Source: a virus
Lineage: Duplodnaviria > Heunggongvirae > Uroviricota > Caudoviricetes
Virus record (IMG/VR): IMGVR_UViG_3300025713_000004
DNA length: 64,000 nt
Reading direction: 5' to 3' (one strand)
Below, one piece after another: positions 29,392-37,706 of this stretch. The notes below the pieces were generated by a model. That model made no database searches, was not told the DNA's origin, and saw only the letters and a list, made by a program, of their open reading frames with translations. Within the stretch, counting starts at the first letter, position 1, and each line of letters starts with the position of its first letter. The translations under genes were made by a program, and so were the position numbers.

Positions 29392-30252
29392 TTAATCATC
29401 ATATATTTCTTTTTTTTCAAAAAAATAAATATCTTTAAATGGTTTTATTCCCATTCTTATTTCTTTTGTGTTTAATCCTGTTTGTTCTTTTAAAAATAAT
29501 AGAATTTTATTTTTTGTAAATTTATTTGTTATTTTTTTATTATAATTACCTTCTGGTGTTTCTTCCATAAATAATTCTTGCCAATTTGATAAAATATTTA
29601 TTATAGCATCCCCAACAATAATTTCATTTTTTTTTAAATTTTTATCGTTTTCTAATTTATTTTGAATTTTTTTTATAATATTATTAATTAATATTTCTAA
29701 TTTATTAAGATAATCAATATCCATTTCATAAATATAGTCATTTTCTTTATTAATTTCTTCTATATATTCATCGTAGCATAAATTAACCATCTTATCGTTA
29801 TATGTTTTTTTACTATGGTCTTTATAGTAATTACGAACAATTGTTTGACAATAACTATATGCTTTAGAACAGAAAATTCTATATTTAATATTTTCATTAT
29901 TATTTTTTAACGAAAGTAATTTTTCATCAGCATTTTTTTTATATAAGAATCTATAACCATCACCCAATTTAATCCATTTTTCATCATGATAAAATTCAAT
30001 AATATATGGTTTATATTTAACCATTTGGTCAATCATATGGCTAAGAGCATTTGATTCAATTTCTTCCATTTCATAATTACCAATATGTATTGGATATCTT
30101 CTTAATATTGACTGTATCATTTTTCTAAATGGTTCTATTAAAATCTCATTATAAATTCTATTTTTTTCTTCTTTAGAATTTGATTTAATATAATTTATAA
30201 CAGCCCTTTCTTCTTTTTCACCAAAATATTGATTAGTTTCTTCTTTTTCCAT
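29392..30252 (-). CDS. hypothetical protein; possible sigma-factor-like transcription regulator
   Basis: The 286-aa protein has an N-terminal stretch (ERAVINYIKSNSKEEKNRIYNEILIEPFRKMIQSILRRY) reminiscent of sigma region 2 and of T4 gp55. The C-terminus has an HTH-like segment (LLFLKEQTGLNTKEIRMGI). This is a weak, pattern-level call. Confidence 0.3.
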   Translation of the reverse strand: MEKEETNQYFGEKEERAVINYIKSNSKEEKNRIYNEILIEPFRKMIQSILRRYPIHIGNYEMEEIESNALSHMIDQMVKYKPYIIEFYHDEKWIKLGDGYRFLYKKNADEKLLSLKNNNENIKYRIFCSKAYSYCQTIVRNYYKDHSKKTYNDKMVNLCYDEYIEEINKENDYIYEMDIDYLNKLEILINNIIKKIQNKLENDKNLKKNEIIVGDAIINILSNWQELFMEETPEGNYNKKITNKFTKNKILLFLKEQTGLNTKEIRMGIKPFKDIYFFEKKEIYDD

Positions 30253-30352
30253 TCAATAAAAAACATTAAAAATAATATGATATTTTCACATATTTTTCAT
30301 ATTCATTTTTTATTATATATTTATATTTAAATAAATTTATAAATAAAAATGT

Positions 30353-31174
30353 TTATTTTTCTTGAAGTTTACTTATATCAATTTCTCTATCTGTAGTGAA
30401 ATTAGACTCTTTAAACGCAGTTTCAAACCAAAATTTTCGTTCATCCATTGGCATATTTTTTAAATATCCATCAAATAAACTACCTTCACGATTAATTAAA
30501 TGTCTATATCCGATTTTTGGTATTGCAAATATTTTAGATGCATTATTTAATGCTCTAAGAATAAATTCATACATAAAAGTTAGTTTTATGTTTCTTTTAT
30601 ATCTACCCAAATTAATAAATTCAGATTTTTTTATTGCAGCACCACTTAATTTAAAATCAGTATATTGTTTTATTGAATTTAAATTCAAATATCCCAATTC
30701 ACCATTTTCACCAACAAATTGTTGTGACCAAACCATTTCATTAGTTAATTTAATACCTTTATTTTCATTTGTTACTTCAATCATCATTATTAAAAAAATA
30801 TCAATGTTGGGATATGCTTTTACATATTCATTAATATTTTTTAAATACGTTAACCCCAATTCGTCATCAAATTCAAGAACAGTAAAATAATCAGTATTAA
30901 CACTATCAACAGCAAGATTTACCTGAGATTGATAATCAGTATTTCCATTATTTTTTATTAGTTTAAAATTATAATTAAAATATTTTTCTTTAATAAAATT
31001 ATTAATTTCATTTTCTATTGTTGATGAATAAACAATTAAAACGTCTGGTTTTTCAACTTCTTGTTGATTTATAATTGATTCAATCGCTTTATTTAAATAT
31101 GTTGAAATATTATCATTAAATTCATGTATTGGAATTATTATTGATGTACTATTCATTTTCTTTAGTATTTTCAT
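30353..31174 (-). CDS. glycosyltransferase, family 2-like
   Basis: The N-terminus SIIIPIHEFNDNISTYLNKAIESIINQ has the GT2 signature (hhhhP.......hh..ShhsQ). An acidic DxD-like segment lies downstream (LEFDDEL). Confidence 0.5.
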   Translation of the reverse strand: MKILKKMNSTSIIIPIHEFNDNISTYLNKAIESIINQQEVEKPDVLIVYSSTIENEINNFIKEKYFNYNFKLIKNNGNTDYQSQVNLAVDSVNTDYFTVLEFDDELGLTYLKNINEYVKAYPNIDIFLIMMIEVTNENKGIKLTNEMVWSQQFVGENGELGYLNLNSIKQYTDFKLSGAAIKKSEFINLGRYKRNIKLTFMYEFILRALNNASKIFAIPKIGYRHLINREGSLFDGYLKNMPMDERKFWFETAFKESNFTTDREIDISKLQEK

Positions 31175-32327
31175 TATTGTTATTTTTATTAGATTCTAAT
31201 GCGGATTTAAATAAATTAATTCTTTCGTTTACATATCCACTATAAATCTCAACCAATTCTTTTTCAGAATTATCTTGATTGTATTTTGATGCAATCTTAT
31301 CCATATTATCATAAATTTCTTTAGATATATTATCATCTAAAAATTTGACTAATGTATCTGCAATTAAAATTGGTAAATCATAATAATTATTAGTCCAAAC
31401 GCCACAATTATCAATTGCTTTTATTGGTTTATCACCATCTTCACTTCTTTCAACCATATATTCAGGAATAATATCTGGTTTTAAACAAATAGGAACAACG
31501 CCTGATTTCATACATTCAAGAGGAAATGTACCAAAACTTGAGATTCTATCAATCCAAACAGCAGCAAAATTTTCACTCAATCTTTTTGCAAAATCAACCC
31601 TACGCATTTGTTGTGGTGGTTTACTTTTAGTTAACATTGGGTCAAAAGTAATCCAATTAAATTCAGGGTATTTAAGAAAAAACAATTTAACTAATTTACT
31701 AATTTCATTTGGATTTCTACCAATAATTGATACTACTGGTTTTTTTGGTCTTTCTGTTTTTTCAAAATAATCAGGAATTCCTATTGTATATGATTTAGTT
31801 TTATATTTTTTTCCAAAATATAATTCAATAAATTCCTCAAGTGTTTTTGAAGTAGTAATAATATTATTAATACCAAACATTTCCCAATTTATACCTGGTA
31901 TTAAACTATTTAACATATAATCAATAGATTGTAAAAATCCTATTCTTAAACAAGGTAAATTTTTAGTATGTTCCATGATATTTGAATAAACTTCAGGAAT
32001 TATCATAATATCTTCAGGACCGACACTTAATTTATTATTTTCATCCATTGATAAATGTTTAATATCGGTTAATTCACTCTCAATCCAATTAGGTTTTACA
32101 TAATCATTTTTTTCTGTGAATATAATTACATCATATCCCATTCTTTTTACAACAGTGGCATGAAAATATAACTCATATATACTTGCTACTGGTGATTGTG
32201 ATTCGGGTATACAAAAAATAAATTTAGATTTTTTATTTTCTAAATTATTTAAAGAAATTTTAATTTTTTCAAATTTTTCTTTTTCAACATCTTCAATTGA
32301 TTTTTCAATATTTTTATCCATTTTCAT
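31149..32327 (-). CDS. glycosyltransferase, GT-B/GT4-like
   Basis: The C-terminal region FGTFPLECMKSGVVPIC resembles the GT4 E-x7-E region (EGFGLVLLEAMACGLPVI). Confidence 0.4.
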   Translation of the reverse strand: MKMDKNIEKSIEDVEKEKFEKIKISLNNLENKKSKFIFCIPESQSPVASIYELYFHATVVKRMGYDVIIFTEKNDYVKPNWIESELTDIKHLSMDENNKLSVGPEDIMIIPEVYSNIMEHTKNLPCLRIGFLQSIDYMLNSLIPGINWEMFGINNIITTSKTLEEFIELYFGKKYKTKSYTIGIPDYFEKTERPKKPVVSIIGRNPNEISKLVKLFFLKYPEFNWITFDPMLTKSKPPQQMRRVDFAKRLSENFAAVWIDRISSFGTFPLECMKSGVVPICLKPDIIPEYMVERSEDGDKPIKAIDNCGVWTNNYYDLPILIADTLVKFLDDNISKEIYDNMDKIASKYNQDNSEKELVEIYSGYVNERINLFKSALESNKNNNNENTKENE

Positions 32328-33066
32328 TTTTTTTATATTTTATTATTTTTTCAAAATCCTTATTTTCTATTAATTCTGCTATTTGTAAAATTTCCATTGA
32401 ATATGAATTAAACTTTTCATTATATGGTCTTTTTACTTTTATTAGTTTTTTAAACCAAGGTGTTCCTAATTTTAATATTTCTGGGTCTGTTGTTATTAAA
32501 ATATCAATATTATTCCACATTTCAATAGATTTTTTTACAAATCGAATGTTTTCAAATCTACTTTTAATTTTACTTAAAAAGAATAATGTGGGTGGTATAC
32601 TAAATCTATTTTCAACAGAAAATAATGTAAAATTAACAGTATCACAATATTTATCATAAAATTTATTAACATCAACATCCATATTTCTATACATCATCGG
32701 TGCTGAACCATGTATTTCAAATAAGTAATCTTCATACATGAATCTATTATAAACTTCTTTTGATGTTAATTTTATTTTATTCTCCTTTTTAAATAATAAA
32801 AAATCAGCAGGTGCTTCATTTTTATCATTCAATTGATATTCTAATGGACTTATATTTTCTGGAATATCTTCTGGCTCTTTAAGTTCTTTAATTATTTCTT
32901 CAACATCATTAAATTTATAATTATTAAAGAAATCATAAACATATTCCTGTTCTTTTGGAACACCATCTAAACCAAATTCTTCAACATAATACTTATCAAA
33001 TTGTAACCATTTCGCCCTTAATATTTCATCAATATCAATTCCAACATTTTTTTTATTTATTTTCAT
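32314..33066 (-). CDS. HAD-superfamily protein, possibly a 5'(3')-deoxyribonucleotidase-like nucleotidase
   Basis: The N-terminus VGIDIDEILRAKWLQFDKYY fits HAD motif I (DxDx[TV]) and the vDmDgVLadF start of NT5C-type nucleotidases. The call is low-confidence. Confidence 0.3.
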   Translation of the reverse strand: MKINKKNVGIDIDEILRAKWLQFDKYYVEEFGLDGVPKEQEYVYDFFNNYKFNDVEEIIKELKEPEDIPENISPLEYQLNDKNEAPADFLLFKKENKIKLTSKEVYNRFMYEDYLFEIHGSAPMMYRNMDVDVNKFYDKYCDTVNFTLFSVENRFSIPPTLFFLSKIKSRFENIRFVKKSIEMWNNIDILITTDPEILKLGTPWFKKLIKVKRPYNEKFNSYSMEILQIAELIENKDFEKIIKYKKNENG

Positions 33067-33331
33067 TTTCTAATTCATTTATTTGATAATTAAGTAAATT
33101 ATTTAATTTTTTCATCATTTCATTATGTTCTTTAATTAATGCTTCTTCAGTAACATATCTCGGATTAATACATTCAATTTTAGTATCAATTGTATTTGTT
33201 GGTATAACTATTATTTCACCTTCAAATCTTTCAGGTGTAATTTTTTTTGTAACTTTTTTTACAAAATCTTCAATATCTGCTAATCTAATATTAGCAACAC
33301 CAACATAAATAACTAAAATCATATTACTCAT
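33053..33331 (-). CDS. hypothetical protein
   Basis: 92-aa ORF. Confidence 0.35.
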   Translation of the reverse strand: MSNMILVIYVGVANIRLADIEDFVKKVTKKITPERFEGEIIVIPTNTIDTKIECINPRYVTEEALIKEHNEMMKKLNNLLNYQINELENENK

Positions 33332-33410
33332 TTTTAATTAATATTTTTCTATATATATAATACGTTTTTTTTATAAAAATCTTGAAATTTTTATAATTTT
33401 ATTTTTTTGT

Positions 33411-33420
33411 AGTATTTATA
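33411..33420 (+). promoter_or_regulatory. candidate late-promoter element AGTATTTATA
   Basis: The 10-mer is identical to those at 7573 and 14231. It lies 36 nt upstream of the ATG at 33456. Confidence 0.3.
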
Positions 33421-33455
33421 AAAAAAATAATGGTTATTTATAAAAATTTATAAAA

Positions 33456-34385
33456 ATGTCTGAAGAAAAAAATTTTTCTCAAAAAAAGGGTATTTCTGAC
33501 CTTCTAAAAAAATATAGAAGTCAAAAAGATAATGTTGAAAATGAAAATACAAATCAAATCAACATTCCAAAACCACAAGAAAATACACCTAATTTACAAC
33601 AATTTAATCATGAAGAATTTGAAAAAGCCATGTCTAAAGAAACCGACCCAGATTTAATTACAACTTATGAAATTGTTAAATTACCATCTAAAGGTTTATT
33701 TTATAAAAATGGTCTTTCTGAAATAAATGTCGAATATATGACATCAAAAGATGAAGATTTATTAACTACTTCATCATTAATTGAAAGTGGTGTTGTTTTA
33801 GACTTACTATTGAAAAGAAAAATAAAAACACCAAATGTTAATCCAGAAGATTTATTACCAGGTGACCGTAATGCAATTTTACTGTTTTTACGTATAACAA
33901 GTTATGGTTCTGATTATACTGTTCAAGTAACTGACCCAAGAACAGGTGTTCCATTTAAAACAACAGTTGATTTAACAAAACTTAAATATAAAAAAATTGA
34001 AGAAAAACCAAACGATAATGGTTTGTTTAGTGTTGATTTACCAATGCGTAAAAAAAATGTACTTTTTAAACTATTAACTGTTGGTGAAGATACAAGAATA
34101 TATAAAACTGCTGAATCTTTAAAAGAAGCAAAAAATGAAGAATTTAGTCAGTATTCTACCATGAGATTAGTTGCAAGTATTGTATCAATAGATGGTAATA
34201 CTAATAAAACATATATTAGTAAGTTTGTTGATGCAATGCCAGCATTGGATGCATACGCAATTCGTAAAAAAATGTTGGATGTTAGTCCTGATGTTGATAT
34301 GGATTATGTCTTTACTGCTAAAGATGGATATACTTTCAATGCTAATTTAACAATTGGTTTAGATTTTTTTTTCCCAAGCATCTAG
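33456..34385 (+). CDS. hypothetical protein
   Basis: The 309-aa ORF precedes the tape-measure gene and is a possible tail assembly chaperone by position. Confidence 0.45.
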   Translation: MSEEKNFSQKKGISDLLKKYRSQKDNVENENTNQINIPKPQENTPNLQQFNHEEFEKAMSKETDPDLITTYEIVKLPSKGLFYKNGLSEINVEYMTSKDEDLLTTSSLIESGVVLDLLLKRKIKTPNVNPEDLLPGDRNAILLFLRITSYGSDYTVQVTDPRTGVPFKTTVDLTKLKYKKIEEKPNDNGLFSVDLPMRKKNVLFKLLTVGEDTRIYKTAESLKEAKNEEFSQYSTMRLVASIVSIDGNTNKTYISKFVDAMPALDAYAIRKKMLDVSPDVDMDYVFTAKDGYTFNANLTIGLDFFFPSI

Positions 34386-34558
34386 CGGAAGATTATAAAA
34401 AAATGGTAAATGAAGAAATTTATGTTCTTACTAAACACGCTAAATTTCAAAGCGAATATATTGAAAATATACCCGTTTATCGAAGAAGATATTTTTTATA
34501 TCTGTTTGAAAAAGAAATGGAAGAATTAAAAAAACTACAAGAAAAAGAAATCAAAAAA

Positions 34559-34592
34559 AGACCAAGATTTTAAAATTTTGGTCTTTTTTTAT
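34559..34592 (+). terminator. rho-independent terminator
   Basis: agaccaagatttt-a-aaattttggtct is followed by TTTTTTTATTT. Confidence 0.55.
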
Positions 34593-34635
34593 TTATAATA
34601 ATCGTAATTTAAAATTTTATTAAAATTTACCAATA

Positions 34636-34645
34636 ACTATTTATA
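34636..34645 (+). promoter_or_regulatory. candidate late-promoter element ACTATTTATA
   Basis: It lies 16 nt upstream of the tape-measure ATG. The 11-mer AACTATTTATA is shared with the instance upstream of the tube gene. Confidence 0.35.
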
Positions 34646-34661
34646 GTAAAATATTATCACT

Positions 34662-37250
34662 ATGAGCAAAATGTCACCTGAAGAAGTTAGAAAAACATTT
34701 GAAGAATATCAAAAATTAAATAAAGAACTTCAAAAATCAAGAAAATCTTTAATTAATCTTGGTGATTATGAACGTGCTAGAGCAATTACTGTTGAAATTA
34801 TTGCAAATAATGAAAAAATTGTAAATCAATTAAAAAATAATACTAAAGGTTTAACAGACGAACAATTAAAACAATACAATATATTAATTGATGTTCAAAA
34901 AGAATTAAATAACGAACTTGATAATGAATATAAAAGAAGAAAACATATTATAAGTTCATTAAAACATAGTTTTGATTTATTAGTAAGTGGTTATAAATAT
35001 TTACAACAACAGGATAAAATCATAAAAAATACCATTCTTAATCTAGGAATGAGTGGGAACAAAGCAGAATTAATGCGAGGTTCTTTTGAAAGAAGTGCAA
35101 TGTTTGTTGCTAGATTGGGTGGTAATCTTGAAGTTATTCAAACCATGATGACTGGATTTGCCGATGAAACAGGTAGGTCACGTGCATTAACATCAGATAT
35201 GGTTAAGGATATTACTGTTATTGGTAAAGGTACTGGTCTTGGAATTGAACAGGCAACTAAACTTTCAGCACAATTTGAAGCAATTGGTATTAATACAAAA
35301 GGTGCTTTAGATTATGTTCAGGGTGTTGTTGATACTTCTGAAAGAATGGGTGTTAATACCACAAAAGTATTAAAAAATATTACTGATAATTTTAAAAAAC
35401 TACAAACCTTCCATTTTCAACAGGGTGTTAGAGGTTTTAGAGAAATGGCAGAATATGCTGAAAAATTTAAAGTTGATATTTCCGATGCATTAAATTCTGC
35501 TGAAATTGCAAGAACACTTGAAGGGGCTATTGGTATGGTAGCAAATTTACAGGTAATGGGTGGTGAATTTGCTAAATTGGATATGTTTGAAACACTATAT
35601 TTTGCACGTAATGACCCTGCTAAACTTCAAGCAAAAATTGGGGAAATGACAAAGGGTATTGTTACACTTCGTAAAAATAGTGATGGTACTTTTGAAAAAT
35701 TTATTAGTCCTGCTGACCGTGATAGGCTTGCTGCTGCTGGTAAAGCATTGGGTATTACTACGGATAAAATGACAGAAATGGCATTAAGAGCATTTGATAT
35801 CGGAAAAATGTCACAGGAATTATCTGGTATGGGTTTAACAAATGAACAAAAACAACTAATTGAAGGTGCTGCATTTTTTAATCAACAAACTGGTAAATTT
35901 CAAGTTCAACTTGGTGAAGATATGAAAAATATCAGTGAATTAACAATACAACAGGCTAAATCTTTTGCACAAGAACAAAAACTATTAAAAGACCGTGCAA
36001 AAGAAGCAATGACTTTTGATGAAACATTTAAAGCAACAATAGAAATGTTAAAAGCAGGATTATTACCATTATTAAATAATATAAATAAAGCATTGTTATG
36101 GATAAGTAAGTATTCAGATAAATTATTTGAAGGAAAGGGTATTGTTATTGCTGCTACCACATTATTTGCTGGTGCTAAATTATTTTTTCTTTCTTCAAAA
36201 CTTCTTAATAGAGCATTTGATAATTACATATCATATAATAAATTAAGTTTTAGAAATTTAGCAGCAACTAATTCTGGTGGTCTTTCTAGTCTTTCTAGTA
36301 AAAGTGTTGGTATTGGTGATTCATTAACACCAACAACAGGAAAAGGAAGTAGTGGTTTAGCAGATATGAGAAGGGGTATTGGTGCTGGTGCTGAAGCAAA
36401 GGGTATTGGAATGAAAAGACTTGGTACTGGTATTGGTGCTGGTGCTGAAGCAAAGGGTATTGGAATGAAAAGACTTGGTACTGGTGCAGGTATTGGTGCT
36501 GCTGCTTTAGGAATTGGTGGCGGTGTTGCACTTGCTGCTGTTGGTATTAGTAAACTTGCCGATTCTATGAGCAAATTGGATGAAAAACAATTATCTGTTT
36601 TAAAAGGAATTGCCATGACATTAGCCATTTCGTTTCCTGCTGCTGCTCTTGGTATTGCTATTGCAGGTGCTGCTGGTAAACTTGCTGCTCCAGGATTATA
36701 TGCACTTAGTGTTGCTGCTTTAGGAATAGGTGCTGCTGTTGGTATTGCTGCTGTTGGAATAGGAATTATGGCAAAAGGAATTGGTGAAATGATTGAAAAA
36801 AGTAAAGGTGCTGGTGATGCAATGCTTAGTGTTGGACTTGGTGTTAGTGCATTATCATTAGCAATGATGGGTTTTACAGCAGGTGCTTTAGGTTTGGGAG
36901 TATTTGCATTAACAATGAAAACAATAGCAAAACATGCCGATGCTGTTGAAAAGGTAGGTAATGCTTTTGGTAATATAAAAGCAGTAATGTCTGGAACAAA
37001 AGAAGATTTTGAAGCCGTTGAAAGTGCAGTTAAATTAATTTCAAGTGTGAATACAAATAAAGGTAGTGTATTTGCTGAACTTGCAGCATTATTAAAAACA
37101 CCTTTAAAAGTAGAATTTGAAAAAAATACAATACCTATTCAAACTGATGTAACGCTTGAAGTTGATGGTGAAAAATTAATGAATAAATCATTTACGAATA
37201 GAATTGCTGTTCAAAAATCAAATGATGCTAAACTTGGTAAGGTAAATTAA
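34662..37250 (+). CDS. tail tape measure protein
   Basis: The 862-aa protein lies downstream of sheath/tube. An N-terminal coiled-coil is followed by long Gly/Ala-rich transmembrane-like repeats (GIGAGAEAKGIGMKRLGTG..., AAALGIGGGVALAAVGI...). The overall architecture is that of a phage tape-measure protein. Confidence 0.7.
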   Translation: MSKMSPEEVRKTFEEYQKLNKELQKSRKSLINLGDYERARAITVEIIANNEKIVNQLKNNTKGLTDEQLKQYNILIDVQKELNNELDNEYKRRKHIISSLKHSFDLLVSGYKYLQQQDKIIKNTILNLGMSGNKAELMRGSFERSAMFVARLGGNLEVIQTMMTGFADETGRSRALTSDMVKDITVIGKGTGLGIEQATKLSAQFEAIGINTKGALDYVQGVVDTSERMGVNTTKVLKNITDNFKKLQTFHFQQGVRGFREMAEYAEKFKVDISDALNSAEIARTLEGAIGMVANLQVMGGEFAKLDMFETLYFARNDPAKLQAKIGEMTKGIVTLRKNSDGTFEKFISPADRDRLAAAGKALGITTDKMTEMALRAFDIGKMSQELSGMGLTNEQKQLIEGAAFFNQQTGKFQVQLGEDMKNISELTIQQAKSFAQEQKLLKDRAKEAMTFDETFKATIEMLKAGLLPLLNNINKALLWISKYSDKLFEGKGIVIAATTLFAGAKLFFLSSKLLNRAFDNYISYNKLSFRNLAATNSGGLSSLSSKSVGIGDSLTPTTGKGSSGLADMRRGIGAGAEAKGIGMKRLGTGIGAGAEAKGIGMKRLGTGAGIGAAALGIGGGVALAAVGISKLADSMSKLDEKQLSVLKGIAMTLAISFPAAALGIAIAGAAGKLAAPGLYALSVAALGIGAAVGIAAVGIGIMAKGIGEMIEKSKGAGDAMLSVGLGVSALSLAMMGFTAGALGLGVFALTMKTIAKHADAVEKVGNAFGNIKAVMSGTKEDFEAVESAVKLISSVNTNKGSVFAELAALLKTPLKVEFEKNTIPIQTDVTLEVDGEKLMNKSFTNRIAVQKSNDAKLGKVN
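36375..36482 (+). repeat. perfect 2 x 54-nt in-frame tandem duplication inside the tape-measure gene
   Basis: ggtattggtgctggtgctgaagcaaagggtattggaatgaaaagacttggtact occurs twice back-to-back (36375-36428 and 36429-36482). It encodes GIGAGAEAKGIGMKRLGT twice. Confidence 0.9.
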
Positions 37251-37706
37251 AAAATAATTTAATAAAAATAAAAACAATAAAAATTTGCAAATGTCAAAAA
37301 TTTTTTATAACTTTGCCAAGATTTTTATTTTCAATGTAAAAACAATAAAAAGGTAATATTTATTTATTTCAAATAAAAGTAAATAAAAATTCTATTCAAA
37401 ATCTTTTTTCGTTTCTACGAAACAAAATCAAAGTTATAATGTTTATAATTAAATTCTACGAATTTAACAAAAAACTTAGATGAAGGGCATATTATATTCA
37501 AAAATTTAAAATTTTTTTCATTTAAAAAAATCTTACCATTATAATTCATAATTTAAAAATTAAAAATTATTAACACACCTCAATAAAGGAATTGGTTTAA
37601 TTCAAAATTAAATTTTTCGAAAAAGAATATATTTTCCCAATGTAAAGATAATACATATAAAACAATTTAACAAGTATTTATTAAAAATATATAGGATTAT
37701 ATACCA

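Noticed and set aside
36375-36482. Possible CRISPR-like repeat array
   Set aside because: There are only two copies, directly abutting with no spacers, and in frame within a coding sequence. It is a tandem duplication, not a CRISPR array. No other direct-repeat/spacer structure was seen in the window.
36224-36628. Minus-strand ORFs (134 aa and 78 aa) opposite the tape-measure Gly/Ala repeats
   Set aside because: They are reverse-complement artefacts of the GGT/GCT-rich coding repeats: low-complexity Pro/Ala/Ile strings entirely nested inside a well-supported gene.
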